Positions 17,367-27,860 of a stretch of 52,174 bases of DNA are shown one piece after another. The notes beneath the pieces are model-generated. The model ran no database searches, was not told the DNA's origin, and saw only the letters and a program-made list of their open reading frames with translations. The stretch's first letter is position 1; every line of letters begins with the position of its first letter. The position numbers and the translations under genes are program-made. The DNA comes from Candidatus Coatesbacteria bacterium (lineage in GTDB: Bacteria > JAFGND01), in contig JAFGND010000036.1 in the NCBI GenBank assembly GCA_016927185.1, forward strand, positions 1-52,174. Reading direction: 5' to 3'.

Positions 17367-18671
17367 TTACTTATCCTCCTTGGGTTTAGAGATAGCCATC
17401 AATTCTGCTTCACATGCTAGCTGACCTTCAACATATGCTTTCCCCTCAAATACACATACCGGTCCTTTTATCTTTTTCACTTCAACTACGAATTTTATCT
17501 GATCCCCTGGTCTTACAGGTCTTCTGAATTTCACTTTATCCAGACCCATGAAATAAACTACATAATCCTCAGGAACTGGTGCAAGATTAAGAAGCAGAAC
17601 TCCACCAACCTGCCCCATTGCTTCTACAAGAAGTACTCCCGGCATTATAGGATGATTGGGGAAATGACCCTGGAAAAAAGGCTCATTTATAGTGACATTC
17701 TTGAGACCAACAATTCTCTTGTCTCCCTGTACTTCAAGAATCCTGTCAACAAGAAGAAATGGATATCTATGTGGCAGCAATCTCATAATCTTGTCTATTC
17801 CCCAGTTTATGCTTGTGGTATCTGGTTTTATCTGGGTTTTTATTTGTCTGACAAACTCTATATTAGAAAGATGACCTGATTTGTTAGAAATTATATGAGC
17901 TTTCAGGGGTTTTCCCAGAAGATAAATGTCCCCGATAAGATCAAGGATTTTGTGTCTGACGAATTCATCTGGAAATCTCAATCCACCTACATTCAGTATG
18001 CTTTCCTTTCCTATCACTACTGCATTGTTAAGTGACCCACCCTTGACAAGACCCTGCTCTTGAAGTGTCTTAACATCTTCCTCAAAACAAAAAGTCCTTG
18101 CTTCAGATACTTCATTTATGAAGGTTTTTTCGTCAATTACGAAAGAACCATATTGCGTTCCTACAAGAGGATGATTATAATGGATTGTAAATGATATCCT
18201 CAAGCCATCATATGGTATTGCAAGAAGAGTAACACCGTTCTCCGAATAGGAGACAGGCTCTTTCAGAACATGATAATTCCTTAATGCATCCTGTTCCACA
18301 ATTCCTGCTTCTTTGAACAAATTTACATATTTCCTGCATGAACCATCTTCCGGTTCGGGTGGTTCATCACCATCAATCTCTATAAAAGCATTGTCTATAC
18401 TGAGACCATTAAGTGTTGCCAGTATATGTTCTACTGTATGAATTCTTGCTTCCCCTTTTCCCAGGGTTGTCCTTCTGGAAATATCTTCTACAGGAAGAAC
18501 ATTCTCCACATCAGCTTTTATCAAAGGTTTGTCTGGCAAGTCCTTTCTGCAGAATACAACTCCAGTATCAACCGGTGCAGGTGCAAATCTTATTGTTACC
18601 TGCTTTCCGTAATGCAAACCTATGCCTGTATATGAGATTGCTTTTCCAAAGGTTTTTTGTTTCTGGTGCAC
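17367..18671 (-). CDS. lpxC-fabZ: Bifunctional LpxC deacetylase / FabZ dehydratase
   Basis: [27 protein letters not shown]; then [27 protein letters not shown]. Confidence 0.97.
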   Translation of the reverse strand: MHQKQKTFGKAISYTGIGLHYGKQVTIRFAPAPVDTGVVFCRKDLPDKPLIKADVENVLPVEDISRRTTLGKGEARIHTVEHILATLNGLSIDNAFIEIDGDEPPEPEDGSCRKYVNLFKEAGIVEQDALRNYHVLKEPVSYSENGVTLLAIPYDGLRISFTIHYNHPLVGTQYGSFVIDEKTFINEVSEARTFCFEEDVKTLQEQGLVKGGSLNNAVVIGKESILNVGGLRFPDEFVRHKILDLIGDIYLLGKPLKAHIISNKSGHLSNIEFVRQIKTQIKPDTTSINWGIDKIMRLLPHRYPFLLVDRILEVQGDKRIVGLKNVTINEPFFQGHFPNHPIMPGVLLVEAMGQVGGVLLLNLAPVPEDYVVYFMGLDKVKFRRPVRPGDQIKFVVEVKKIKGPVCVFEGKAYVEGQLACEAELMAISKPKEDK

Positions 18672-18688
18672 TTCATACTCCCTTATTT

Positions 18689-19228
18689 TTACTCCTCTTT
18701 TGGTTCAACCTGAGATTTATAATTTTTGTTAAGCTCTTCAACTACTTCCTTTGTCATATCCAACTCAGGTTTTGCATAAAGTATTTGCGGAATTCCTCTT
18801 TTATCGAAAATCATGAAATACTTGTATTTGATTGTCAGATTCGTAATTATTTGATATATTTGCTTTATTACAGGATCAGTGATTCTTTTCATCTCCTTTT
18901 CAGCTACCCCATCTTTGCCAAAGGAGTTTTTCACGAATTCTTGATATGAAGCAATCTTTGTCTTCAATTCTTCCTGTTTCTCGGTTTTTGTCTTTTCACT
19001 CCATGTGTTGAGATTTTTCTGGTAGTTGTTCCTCAAGATTATCAGTTCTTCCTGCATTTTTTTTGCTGTCACTTCTAGCTGCCTTACTTTTGCTTCAAAA
19101 GCCGCTTTTAGTTCGTCCCTTCCCTTGAATTCCTGAAGAACCTGATCTGAATCTATCCAGCCTATCTTTACATCCTCAGCATGAATGAATGCTATCAGGA
19201 TTATTATAAAAAGAAAAATAGACTTCAT
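18689..19228 (-). CDS. OmpH/Skp periplasmic chaperone
   Basis: KIGWID, long coiled coil, [11 protein letters not shown]; tandem paralog after bamA. Confidence 0.88.
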   Translation of the reverse strand: MKSIFLFIIILIAFIHAEDVKIGWIDSDQVLQEFKGRDELKAAFEAKVRQLEVTAKKMQEELIILRNNYQKNLNTWSEKTKTEKQEELKTKIASYQEFVKNSFGKDGVAEKEMKRITDPVIKQIYQIITNLTIKYKYFMIFDKRGIPQILYAKPELDMTKEVVEELNKNYKSQVEPKEE

Positions 19229-19235
19229 GGTTTAC

Positions 19236-19751
19236 CTACAGTCCTGACTTGTTAAGTTCTTCAATGACTCTTCCTGTAAGGTCAGCTGCCTTATCAGCAT
19301 AAATCATTCCTCCGTATGAAGCGTCAAAAATATAATCATATTTGTCATCAACAGCGATTTTCTGGATAATTTGCATCATCTTTGTAATAATTGGTTTCAT
19401 TAATTCCTTGTTTCTCTTCTCTACCACTCCGTTTTCTCCAAATGTTTCCTGCATGAAAGTATTATATGATTCCATCTTGGTTTTTATAACTCTTTCTGCT
19501 TCAGCTCTTTTTTCTTCAGTCCATATTACGCTCTGGGATTTGTATTCCTGCTCCAGATTTTTTATTTCTTGCGCTTTTTCTTCAGCTTTTGCCCTCCAGG
19601 ATGCAACTTCCTTGGAAAACTTTTCCTGAAGTTCCTGATTACCCTTGAATTCCTTCAAAGCTCTTCTTGAATCTACATATCCAAGCTTCAATGCAAAGCA
19701 GAATTGAAAACTGAGAAGCAAGAGACTTATTATCAATGCTTTCTTTAACAT
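19236..19751 (-). CDS. skp: OmpH/Skp periplasmic chaperone
   Basis: KLGYVD, YDYIFD, IYAD...DLT; RBS GGAGG. Confidence 0.92.
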   Translation of the reverse strand: MLKKALIISLLLLSFQFCFALKLGYVDSRRALKEFKGNQELQEKFSKEVASWRAKAEEKAQEIKNLEQEYKSQSVIWTEEKRAEAERVIKTKMESYNTFMQETFGENGVVEKRNKELMKPIITKMMQIIQKIAVDDKYDYIFDASYGGMIYADKAADLTGRVIEELNKSGL

Positions 19752-19767
19752 TATTCCTCCCTGATCT

Positions 19768-22146
19768 TTAAAAACTGCTACCGAATTGGAAATGAGGTTG
19801 AAGTCCGCTTTTTTCCCATTTTCCATTCTGGTATATATCACAGAAACCATATCCTAAATCAAAACCAAGCATTCCGAGCATCGGGATTTCTATCCTTACG
19901 CCAATACCTGTCCCAATCTTCATATAAAATGGGCGCATCCCTTTTATTGTTTTCCATGAGTTGCCTGCATCCAGAAAGGCGATCAATCCAATCGGGGAAG
20001 CTACTCTTAGCTGGAGTTCGAAGGTTTCTACCAGCATGCTTCTTCCTCCAATTATGTCTCCCTTTCTTATATCTCCTATGCTGTTGTCTGGATAACCTCT
20101 AACGCCAGTAAATCCAGTACCCCCCAGCCTGAAATATTCATCAAGGGGAACATTGTCTGAATTTTCATATCCCATTACTACTGCGCTTCTTCCAGATGCC
20201 ATTGCAGTCAATTTCCAGACCAGGTTTTTATACCATGAAGTTTCTAAGGTATATTTCTGGAACTCGACATCTCCTCCCATGAAATTGCCTACCCATTCGC
20301 CACTAACCCTGTTTACTGAACCAGCCATCGGGAAAAAAGGAAGATCCCTGCTATCCCTGACAAGCGTTGATTTTATTGAGGAAGTTCTTTGTGGCCACTT
20401 TTCATCAGCCATTTCAGCATAAGCCGATGTAGTATCTACATTGGATATTTCCTTGTCTTCAAGTTTATATCTCCAGTAAATTCTTGTATAGTCAAAATCA
20501 AAGAAAGGTCTTCCTATTCTTATTGCTCCACCTGTAAGCAATCTATCGAAATAGTATCCGCGATACAGCATTCTGTAAAGATCTCCTCCAACAGAGGTTT
20601 CAGAACCCATGAACCAGGGTTCAGTATATGAAATAGAAACATTGAGAACTCTCTTGCCTACTTCAAGTTTTGTACTTAAATCCTGACCTCGTCCTAGCAA
20701 ATTCGGAATGCCAATGGATAAAAATCCTGTCAATCCTACATCTACTCCATAACCCATTCCTATATTGAATTGCCCAGTCGGTTTCTCTTCAACCTGGAAA
20801 ACAAGATCCACATCTCCTTCAGAATTTGCAGGCAGATAATAAGGTTTGATATTAGCGAAATAATTGAGCATGGCTATTTCCCTGAAAGATCTCATCAGCT
20901 TTGATTTCCTGAAAATCTCACCAGGGTAAGTCTTCACATTTCTTCTGATGACATATTCTCTTGTTGAGGTATTCCCTTCAATCTTGATGAGTCTTATTCT
21001 TGCAACCTGACCTTCTGTTACATTAAGAAGTATGTTAACTCCTTTTTTACTTTTAGCAAGTTCATTATTTATGTTATGATATAAATAGCCGTTTTCCAGA
21101 TAGAAATCCTGAATATTCCTTATGCTTTCATCAAGTTTCTTCTGATTGAAAAGCTCACCCTTTTTGTATTTAATGAAGGTTTTCAGAGTATCGGTTTTGA
21201 ATATCCTGTTCCCCTTGAATTCAGTATCAGCAAAATAATACTTGCTTCCTTCCCTTAACTTGATGTTAATGAACATTCTGTCACCTTTTGCATTATACGT
21301 GAATTTGGGTTTTCCGTCTATTTTTATGTCAAAGAATCCATTTTCCTTATAGAAATATTTTATCTTCTCCAAATCTCCCTTGAATTGATCTTCTTCATAC
21401 TTTCCTGTCCTGAAAGGAATGAATAAAAATTTCCATCTTTGCTTTGTATCCATTTGCTTCCTGATTTTCTTGTCAGCAAATGATTTATTCCCTGTGAAAT
21501 TGATTGCTTGTATTCTAACCTTTTTTCCTTCCTTTATCTTGAATATTGCCTCAACTTCATGAATATTCTTTGCAATGGGTTGTGTTTCAACTTCAACCTT
21601 GATATCAAGGATGCCTTCCTTCCTGTACAAGTCCTTTATTTTCCTCGTATTTCTCATGAAAGCATGATTTGATGCAGCATCTCCTTCACTTAAATCCATA
21701 GCATCAAGAATTTCCTTTTCCTTGAATTCATCATTTCCCTGGATAGAAATCTTGTTTATTCTGGGAAGTTCGTCCAGCAATACATAAAGAATTATCCCAT
21801 CAGTACTTTCCCTGGCATAGCATTTCACGTCAGCATATTGCTGAGACTGGAACAATCCCTTTATGGCTTTTGACAGTGATACTGAAGAAAGATCATCTCC
21901 TTCCTGTATTCCCAGTTGCTTTATTACAGACTCTTCTGATATGCGCTTGAGTTTTGGCAAAGAATCAAGATCTGCAATCTTTTTTGAAGCATAGGGTGTC
22001 AAATCTTTTACTATTATTTTGCTTATTTTTAAGTTGGTTTTTATCTCTTTGGCAAGCGAATCTGCTGGTGCAGCTGTCTCATTATCTTCAGCATACAAGG
22101 AGAAAATGCTGAAACAAAAAAGTAGTATTGTTAACCTTACTAGCAT
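19768..22146 (-). CDS. bamA: Outer-membrane protein assembly factor
   Basis: POTRA repeats (GNTSTREYVIRR), VRGY motif, C-terminal FQFGSSF. Confidence 0.96.
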   Translation of the reverse strand: MLVRLTILLFCFSIFSLYAEDNETAAPADSLAKEIKTNLKISKIIVKDLTPYASKKIADLDSLPKLKRISEESVIKQLGIQEGDDLSSVSLSKAIKGLFQSQQYADVKCYARESTDGIILYVLLDELPRINKISIQGNDEFKEKEILDAMDLSEGDAASNHAFMRNTRKIKDLYRKEGILDIKVEVETQPIAKNIHEVEAIFKIKEGKKVRIQAINFTGNKSFADKKIRKQMDTKQRWKFLFIPFRTGKYEEDQFKGDLEKIKYFYKENGFFDIKIDGKPKFTYNAKGDRMFINIKLREGSKYYFADTEFKGNRIFKTDTLKTFIKYKKGELFNQKKLDESIRNIQDFYLENGYLYHNINNELAKSKKGVNILLNVTEGQVARIRLIKIEGNTSTREYVIRRNVKTYPGEIFRKSKLMRSFREIAMLNYFANIKPYYLPANSEGDVDLVFQVEEKPTGQFNIGMGYGVDVGLTGFLSIGIPNLLGRGQDLSTKLEVGKRVLNVSISYTEPWFMGSETSVGGDLYRMLYRGYYFDRLLTGGAIRIGRPFFDFDYTRIYWRYKLEDKEISNVDTTSAYAEMADEKWPQRTSSIKSTLVRDSRDLPFFPMAGSVNRVSGEWVGNFMGGDVEFQKYTLETSWYKNLVWKLTAMASGRSAVVMGYENSDNVPLDEYFRLGGTGFTGVRGYPDNSIGDIRKGDIIGGRSMLVETFELQLRVASPIGLIAFLDAGNSWKTIKGMRPFYMKIGTGIGVRIEIPMLGMLGFDLGYGFCDIYQNGKWEKSGLQPHFQFGSSF

Positions 22147-22161
22147 TTTTTTTCTTTCTTT

Positions 22162-22815
22162 TTACTCTATCTTATAAGATTTCAAAGACCATGTCTTATT
22201 ATTTATCAGGTCTTTCTTTTTTATAATTCCTATATCAGATGCCAGCCAGATTATGTAATGTTGGTATTTCTGTATATGCTCAAAACCTGGCAGTGAGGTT
22301 TCCACTGATTTCTGGATAGAAATTTCAACCTTATAGCAATTATCAATTTCTCCGACAGGAACTTTTACGCTTTCCCTTGAGAGAACAGTACCTTTTATGC
22401 TTGAAGAGTATTTCACCATAACTCCATATATTTCAATGTTTTCCTCATATAAGTCATTCCAGATTCGTCCAGTTATCAAAGGTGTTGATATATATTTCTG
22501 CCAGGAATCCTGAAGATTGTACTTAGTTGCATCGAAATAACCAGACGAATTAACATAAATCATCATGTCATTTGAATTTCTGTAAAATATCAATGTATCT
22601 AAACCAGCAACAAGGAGGCTGCCTTCATAACCTGCATATGTTTCACTTCCCTGTACTTTCCATACTTCTTCTTCATTATCATTTACTGAATAAGTCCATT
22701 CATTCCCATATATATCGAAAGGAAAGAAATCTGCCTCCCTCTCCTTGAAGAAGGGATCATTTCCGCAAGATATTGCAAAACATAATAATAGCAGGATTAT
22801 CAAAGATTTTTTCAT
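22162..22815 (-). CDS. Hypothetical lipoprotein
   Basis: Lipobox FAISC; VKVPVGEIDNC, WLASDIGIIK. Confidence 0.75.
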   Translation of the reverse strand: MKKSLIILLLLCFAISCGNDPFFKEREADFFPFDIYGNEWTYSVNDNEEEVWKVQGSETYAGYEGSLLVAGLDTLIFYRNSNDMMIYVNSSGYFDATKYNLQDSWQKYISTPLITGRIWNDLYEENIEIYGVMVKYSSSIKGTVLSRESVKVPVGEIDNCYKVEISIQKSVETSLPGFEHIQKYQHYIIWLASDIGIIKKKDLINNKTWSLKSYKIE

Positions 22816-23333
22816 AGTTTCCTGTCAGGAGAATACATGAATCCTAATATAATATTCCCTATATGACCTGATTGGGCTTTTTCAAGAATAGTATGATATC
22901 TCACTCCCAGATCCAGTTTCAGATTATACATGACTTGAAATTCCAGTCCTCCCTTGAATTCAAGTCCCATGTCATTACTACCTTCACTGACTCCATCCAT
23001 TGAAATTCTGTTCCTTGTTAATGTGAATCCTGTTGAAACAAAAGGAGTTATACGTCTCCTTGAAAAAAATCTGACTCTTGGACCCATATTCAAGGAAAAC
23101 TGCTCGAAAGAACAACCTGGTATGCTGCTTGAGGATATATTGACAACAGAACCATTCATCTCGGCAGATAACCATTTAGATACATCATAAAACCCACCGG
23201 CACAAAGAGTCACTCCGGTCTTGAAATCCTTGCTGAAACTGTCAAGTATATGGCTGGTTCCTGAATAAAAAATTATACCTGCTGCATTCATCAAACTTGA
23301 GAAAACTAAAATCAAAGAGAAAATGACTTTCAT
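22812..23333 (-). CDS. Small outer-membrane beta-barrel protein
   Basis: Signal peptide, TPFVSTG, GGLEF, LDLGVRYH strand pattern. Confidence 0.7.
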   Translation of the reverse strand: MKVIFSLILVFSSLMNAAGIIFYSGTSHILDSFSKDFKTGVTLCAGGFYDVSKWLSAEMNGSVVNISSSSIPGCSFEQFSLNMGPRVRFFSRRRITPFVSTGFTLTRNRISMDGVSEGSNDMGLEFKGGLEFQVMYNLKLDLGVRYHTILEKAQSGHIGNIILGFMYSPDRKL

Positions 23334-24232
23334 ATATAATTAGGGGAACGCTTTTGTTTAAGTAATAAAGGTGTCAAGAGAGAAATGGAAGAGAGTGTCC
23401 TTCCAAACATGTACATTGCAGGAAACATGGGGTGGTCACTGTTCAATTTTATCTTGAAAGATTCAAGGTTATCAAGAGAGTTTATTCCTATTCTTTCAAG
23501 TGCAAATCTGTCTGCCTTGACTGGATGCCTGTCATGAACATAATAAGCTACAGCTCCTTTATAACCTGATTCAATTGCAATATCCTTAATCCGCTGGTTA
23601 TATAATCCAAAAGGATATGAGAAAAACTCGGTATTTATACCATAAGATGAAAGCATATCATATGATATTTGAATTTCATCCTTTATTTCAGAATCATTCA
23701 ATAATCTTAAGTCAGGATGAGAGCAAGTATGTGAACCGATTTCAAATCCCCTTTCGCTTATGTCCTTTATTTGATTAATATCCATATGCCTGAATTTATG
23801 CCCACCTATCTGGAAATCCCAGTTATTGTACTTGCCTATGTAATCAGTTATAATAAAAGCAGTTGCAGTAAAACCAAATTCTTCCATTATGGGAACTGCT
23901 GTTTCTGCAAAATCAGCATAACCATCGTCAAAACAAAGAACTACATGTTTGCGGGTAAGTGATTTGTTTTCAAGTAATACGAAATAATCTTTCAATGTTA
24001 TTGTTTTGTAATCATTCTGTTTCAGATAATTCAAGAATTCCCTGAATTTAGACGGACTGATACTGTTAATTCCCCATTCCTTCTGATCATCAATCTTGTG
24101 GAAATTGAGGATTGGAGTCCAGTTTTCGAATAGCTTTTTGTATTTTGTATTCCATCTGTATATAGCCCTTAAGCTAAATCCACTCATCATAGCTGCTGCT
24201 GCAAATAAAGGGATTTTTCTATATCTTGCCAC
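23330..24232 (-). CDS. Polysaccharide deacetylase (CE4, IcaB-like); start uncertain
   Basis: PILNFH, CFDDGY, EIGSHTCSH, FSYPFG. Confidence 0.9.
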   Translation of the reverse strand: MARYRKIPLFAAAAMMSGFSLRAIYRWNTKYKKLFENWTPILNFHKIDDQKEWGINSISPSKFREFLNYLKQNDYKTITLKDYFVLLENKSLTRKHVVLCFDDGYADFAETAVPIMEEFGFTATAFIITDYIGKYNNWDFQIGGHKFRHMDINQIKDISERGFEIGSHTCSHPDLRLLNDSEIKDEIQISYDMLSSYGINTEFFSYPFGLYNQRIKDIAIESGYKGAVAYYVHDRHPVKADRFALERIGINSLDNLESFKIKLNSDHPMFPAMYMFGRTLSSISLLTPLLLKQKRSPNYI

Positions 24233-24617
24233 TGGACCCAAATCCTCCACTCCCTCTCTGAGTTTCAGGAAGTTCTTCTGTTTCAATGATTTCCACGCGT
24301 CTGTATCCAGCAATGACAAGCTGAGCTATTCTCTCATTTGGCTGAATTTCATAAGGTTCCTCTGAAAGATTCAGAAGAAGTATCTTTATTTCACCCCTGA
24401 AATCACTATCTATTGTTCCAGGAGAATTGGGAATGATTATCCCTCTTGAAGCAAGGCTTGATCTTGCTCTTATCTGACCTTCATATCCTTCATCAATTGC
24501 GACCGACAGACCAGTAGGGATTGAATTGACTATTCCCTTTCTAAGAACAACCGGTTCACTAATGCATGCATGCAGATCAATCCCAGCAGCACCATCTGAG
24601 TGATATCTTGGTATCAA
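24219..24617 (-). CDS. dut: dUTP diphosphatase (homology extends upstream of the first in-frame start)
   Basis: AAGIDL, RSSLA, GTIDSDFRGE, ERIAQL, RGSGGFGSSG. Confidence 0.95.
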   Translation of the reverse strand: MIPRYHSDGAAGIDLHACISEPVVLRKGIVNSIPTGLSVAIDEGYEGQIRARSSLASRGIIIPNSPGTIDSDFRGEIKILLLNLSEEPYEIQPNERIAQLVIAGYRRVEIIETEELPETQRGSGGFGSSGKI

Positions 24618-24663
24618 GGCTTCTGTTGATAGTTTCTTTACTAAAATATTACCTCTTTTTCCA

Positions 24664-24738
24664 TCGGGATGAGAGGATTCGAACCTCCGTCCTCCTACTC
24701 CCGAAGCAGGCGCGCTAACCGGACTGCGCTACATCCCG
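24664..24738 (-). tRNA. tRNA-Pro(CGG)
   Basis: CGGGATG/CATCCCG acceptor stem, CCTGC-TTCGGGA-GTAGG anticodon arm, GGTTCGAATCC. Confidence 0.96.
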
Positions 24739-24745
24739 AACTTGT

Positions 24746-25330
24746 TTATAAGAATATTGACCCTAATGAAAAAAGCCCTGTAACTGTCAAGGTTACAATT
24801 ATGGCTGCCATGAAAACACCAGTTATTACTGCTGCTAATGCTTTCTTGAAAGAAACTCCGAAAACAAAAGCGGCAACACAACCTGTCCAAGCACCGGTTC
24901 CAGGGAGTGGAATTCCTACAAATAGAGCTAATCCCCAGAAAGCGTATTTCTCTATCATCTTTCCTTTTCTTCTTGTTCTTGCAAAAAGCCATTTAAAGAA
25001 CTTGTTACCCCATGGGTGTTTGCCAAGAAACGAAGATACTGGCTCTAACCACAATAGCAGCGGAATTATAGGTATGAGATTGCCAATTAGAGCCCATATT
25101 AAGACATTCCACCATTCCATTCTCAGGCCAATTCCTACTGGTATTGCTCCCCTTAGTTCGAATATGGGTGTTGATCCAATCAATGCCACTATAAGCCATG
25201 CAGGAATATGCCATTCATCTTTCAAATAATCAGCAAAACGTTTGGCAGCATTAGGTTTATTATCTGTCTCTGAAGCAAATGCTGTTCCCAGCAATGACAA
25301 GATTAAAATCAAGATAATGAAATATTTCAA
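24746..25330 (-). CDS. COG2426 small multi-drug export family membrane protein
   Basis: PIFELRGAIP, FVGIPLPGTGAWTG; TTG start after GGGAGG. Confidence 0.88.
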   Translation of the reverse strand: MKYFIILILILSLLGTAFASETDNKPNAAKRFADYLKDEWHIPAWLIVALIGSTPIFELRGAIPVGIGLRMEWWNVLIWALIGNLIPIIPLLLWLEPVSSFLGKHPWGNKFFKWLFARTRRKGKMIEKYAFWGLALFVGIPLPGTGAWTGCVAAFVFGVSFKKALAAVITGVFMAAIIVTLTVTGLFSLGSIFL

Positions 25331-25968
25331 TCCTCCCAACCTTCCTTTCCAACAAGAGGTACAAACCTGCAGGGACATGTCTTGTTTTCCCTGAGCTCAT
25401 TATTATCTAATTTATCCAATATCAACAACTCCTGTGAATGCCTGTCACCAACAGGAATTACAATCCTGCCATTAACCTTAAGCTGTTCAAGCAAGCTTTC
25501 CGGGACACATGGAGCTCCAGCAGTAACTATAATTTTGTCATAAGGAGCATATTTGTTCCATCCAAGCGTTCCATCTCCAACAAGAAGAATGAAATTTCTT
25601 ATGTCAGTTTTTCGAAGATTAAGGGAAGCCTGGTAAGAAAGTTCTTTTTCTCTTTCTATGCTGTAAACTTTCTTTGCAAGTAAGCACAGGATGGCAGTCT
25701 GATAACCTGAACCAGTACCTATTTCAAGAACTGAATCTTCATCTTTGACATCCAGAAGTTTTGTCATTATTGCAACCATGTAAGGCTGGGATATTGTCTG
25801 ACCATTCCCGATGGGAAGAGGGAAATCCCCATATGCCTGGGAAAACAGTGCTTCTGGTACGAAAAAATGCCTTTCGATTTTCATGAAAGCATCAATTATT
25901 CGCTTTTCATGTATCCCTCTTGAAATGATCTGTTCCTTGACCATGCAGGAACGCTGGGTATCAAACAT
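25327..25968 (-). CDS. pcm: Protein-L-isoaspartate O-methyltransferase
   Basis: GQTISQPY, LEIGTGSGYQ, GDGTLGW, PYDKIIVTA, RFVPL. Confidence 0.97.
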   Translation of the reverse strand: MFDTQRSCMVKEQIISRGIHEKRIIDAFMKIERHFFVPEALFSQAYGDFPLPIGNGQTISQPYMVAIMTKLLDVKDEDSVLEIGTGSGYQTAILCLLAKKVYSIEREKELSYQASLNLRKTDIRNFILLVGDGTLGWNKYAPYDKIIVTAGAPCVPESLLEQLKVNGRIVIPVGDRHSQELLILDKLDNNELRENKTCPCRFVPLVGKEGWED

Positions 25969-26641
25969 CTACTCCCCTGAAAATCATGTTCAAGTAAAAT
26001 TTTGAGAATCTCAATATGTCAACAGGTTTTATATGACTAACTGCATGATCATTATATATTGTCCTGACTGGAACAAATCCTATTTTGAATCCTTTCTTGC
26101 AAGCCTTTATGAGAAGCTCTCCTTCAAGTTCATAATGCTCTTTCTTGAGTTGTATTGTTTTAAGAATATCAGTTTTTATTAGCCTGTATCCGCACTGGCT
26201 GTCCTTCAATTTCATTCCAGACAATTTCTCGACAACCTTTGTATTCAACCAATTAGATCCTTTCCTTATGAAAGGCATGTCAGCGGATCTATTCTGCCTG
26301 TCACCTATCACAAGATCAAACTCATTGCCGGCTTTAATGAAAAGAGGGATTTCTGACGGATCATGCTGACCATCAGCATCCATAGTAATTATGGCCTTGA
26401 ATTCATTCTTGAGGTTTTCGAAACCGAACTTAAGAGAAGCACCTTTTCCCTTGTTTTCTTTATGGACAAGTATATTTACATGACTGTTTTCAAGAATTTG
26501 CTGGGTGTCATCGGTACAGCCATCATTTACAACCCAGATATGCTCTCTTTTTATGCTTTTAAGAAGTTCTTCAAGCAAGGGTTTCAAATTCCTTCCCGGA
26601 TTATAGGCAGGCATGAGAATTGCGATATCTGATATATTCAT
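25961..26641 (-). CDS. Glycosyltransferase family 2 (DPM1-like)
   Basis: MPAYN, VNDG, NKGKG, DADGQH, DSQCGYR. Confidence 0.92.
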   Translation of the reverse strand: MNISDIAILMPAYNPGRNLKPLLEELLKSIKREHIWVVNDGCTDDTQQILENSHVNILVHKENKGKGASLKFGFENLKNEFKAIITMDADGQHDPSEIPLFIKAGNEFDLVIGDRQNRSADMPFIRKGSNWLNTKVVEKLSGMKLKDSQCGYRLIKTDILKTIQLKKEHYELEGELLIKACKKGFKIGFVPVRTIYNDHAVSHIKPVDILRFSKFYLNMIFRGVDV

Positions 26642-26650
26642 ATAAATAAA

Positions 26651-26724
26651 TCGGGGCGAGAGGATTTGAACCTCCGACCACCTGAACCCCATTCAGGCAC
26701 GCTACCGGGCTGCGCCACACCCCG
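26651..26724 (-). tRNA. tRNA-Pro(GGG)
   Basis: CGGGGTG/CGCCCCG acceptor stem, CCTGA-ATGGGGT-TCAGG anticodon arm; typical position after the MerR gene. Confidence 0.95.
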
Positions 26725-26726
26725 AA

Positions 26727-27113
26727 TCATCGATCACCGGAAAGAAATTCAATCAATTCCTCAACTTCTTTTTTCAGTTCTTCTATAATATCATAGATCG
26801 ATTCCATTTCCAGTTCCTGTATAAAATTCACATTGGTTTTTTCCTCTAACTCATCTTCCTTTTTTCTTGGAATAACTTCCTTGTCTGTCCTGAGTTTTAA
26901 TTTTGCACCTTCTATTCTGTAATTTTCCTCATATAGAAGTTTTTTAATGGAAAGAATTGTTTCAATATCCTTTTTCTTGTAACGTCTTTTGCCAGATGAG
27001 AATTTTTTGGGTTTAAGCTCTGGAAATTCTCTCTCCCAATACCTGAGAATATAGGGCTTTATCCCTGTTATTGAACTTACTTCGCTTATCGAATAGTATA
27101 ACTTGTTGTCCAT
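26727..27113 (-). CDS. MerR-family transcriptional regulator
   Basis: YYSISEVS, ILRYWEREF, GKRRY, LLYEENYRIEGAK. Confidence 0.92.
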   Translation of the reverse strand: MDNKLYYSISEVSSITGIKPYILRYWEREFPELKPKKFSSGKRRYKKKDIETILSIKKLLYEENYRIEGAKLKLRTDKEVIPRKKEDELEEKTNVNFIQELEMESIYDIIEELKKEVEELIEFLSGDR

Positions 27114-27155
27114 TCATCCAAAATGCAGTTCAGGATCAATATAACTCGTTTTATG

Positions 27156-27860
27156 TCAAGACTTTTTTCCAAATAGTTTAGAGAAGAGACCTGAAACTCC
27201 GCCTTTTGAACCATTGGAACTTGAACTTAATTCTTTAATCTTTTTTTTCAAATATTCATTGTCATAATCAAGATCCAGGGCTTCCTTGAAAGATTGAATA
27301 GCTTTTGCCTTGAGATTTGCTTTTACATAAACTTCACCAAGGTGGGTATGGAAGGTTGGATTAAACTTGTCTATCTGAATTGCCCTCTGGCAATAGTCTC
27401 TAGCTTCAACCAGTCTTCTCTTGTTTCCACTTAATGCCAGTGCATAACCATAGAAAGAAAGATAATTAGGTTCCCTTTCATTATAATTGACACATATCTT
27501 GAAGCATTCTATCGCATTCCAGTAATTTCCCCTGTTAAGGTCATTCAATCCTCTTTTGAATAATATCTTGGCTTGCTCTTTGCGTCTTTCCTTTTCTCCT
27601 ATTTCCTCCTCGCTCTTGATATTGCCAAGCCCTAGTCTCAGATCGTATTCTTTCCTTTTTTCAGGATCTTTCAAGATATTATAAGCCCTGTTTACCTCAA
27701 GGAATCTTGTATGTAGCTTATCTTTTTCTTCCTGATCCACATTGCTGTCTGGATGGGATTCCTTGGCAAGCTTGAAAAATGCCTTCTTTATTTCATCTAA
27801 ATCGGCGTTCCAGGATACTCCAAGTACCTTGTATAAATCCTTTTCCTTTTCATCAAGCAT
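27156..27860 (-). CDS. J-domain + TPR protein
   Basis: DLYKVLGV, HPD, AYNILKDPEKRKEYD, then ~3 TPRs. Confidence 0.9.
   Translation of the reverse strand: MLDEKEKDLYKVLGVSWNADLDEIKKAFFKLAKESHPDSNVDQEEKDKLHTRFLEVNRAYNILKDPEKRKEYDLRLGLGNIKSEEEIGEKERRKEQAKILFKRGLNDLNRGNYWNAIECFKICVNYNEREPNYLSFYGYALALSGNKRRLVEARDYCQRAIQIDKFNPTFHTHLGEVYVKANLKAKAIQSFKEALDLDYDNEYLKKKIKELSSSSNGSKGGVSGLFSKLFGKKS

Noticed and set aside
24669..25229. 186-aa plus-strand ORF
   Set aside because: Antisense shadow of tRNA-Pro and the COG2426 gene
24664..26724. Two tRNA-Pro genes as att sites of an island
   Set aside because: Both are complete, have different anticodons and sequences, and enclose housekeeping genes
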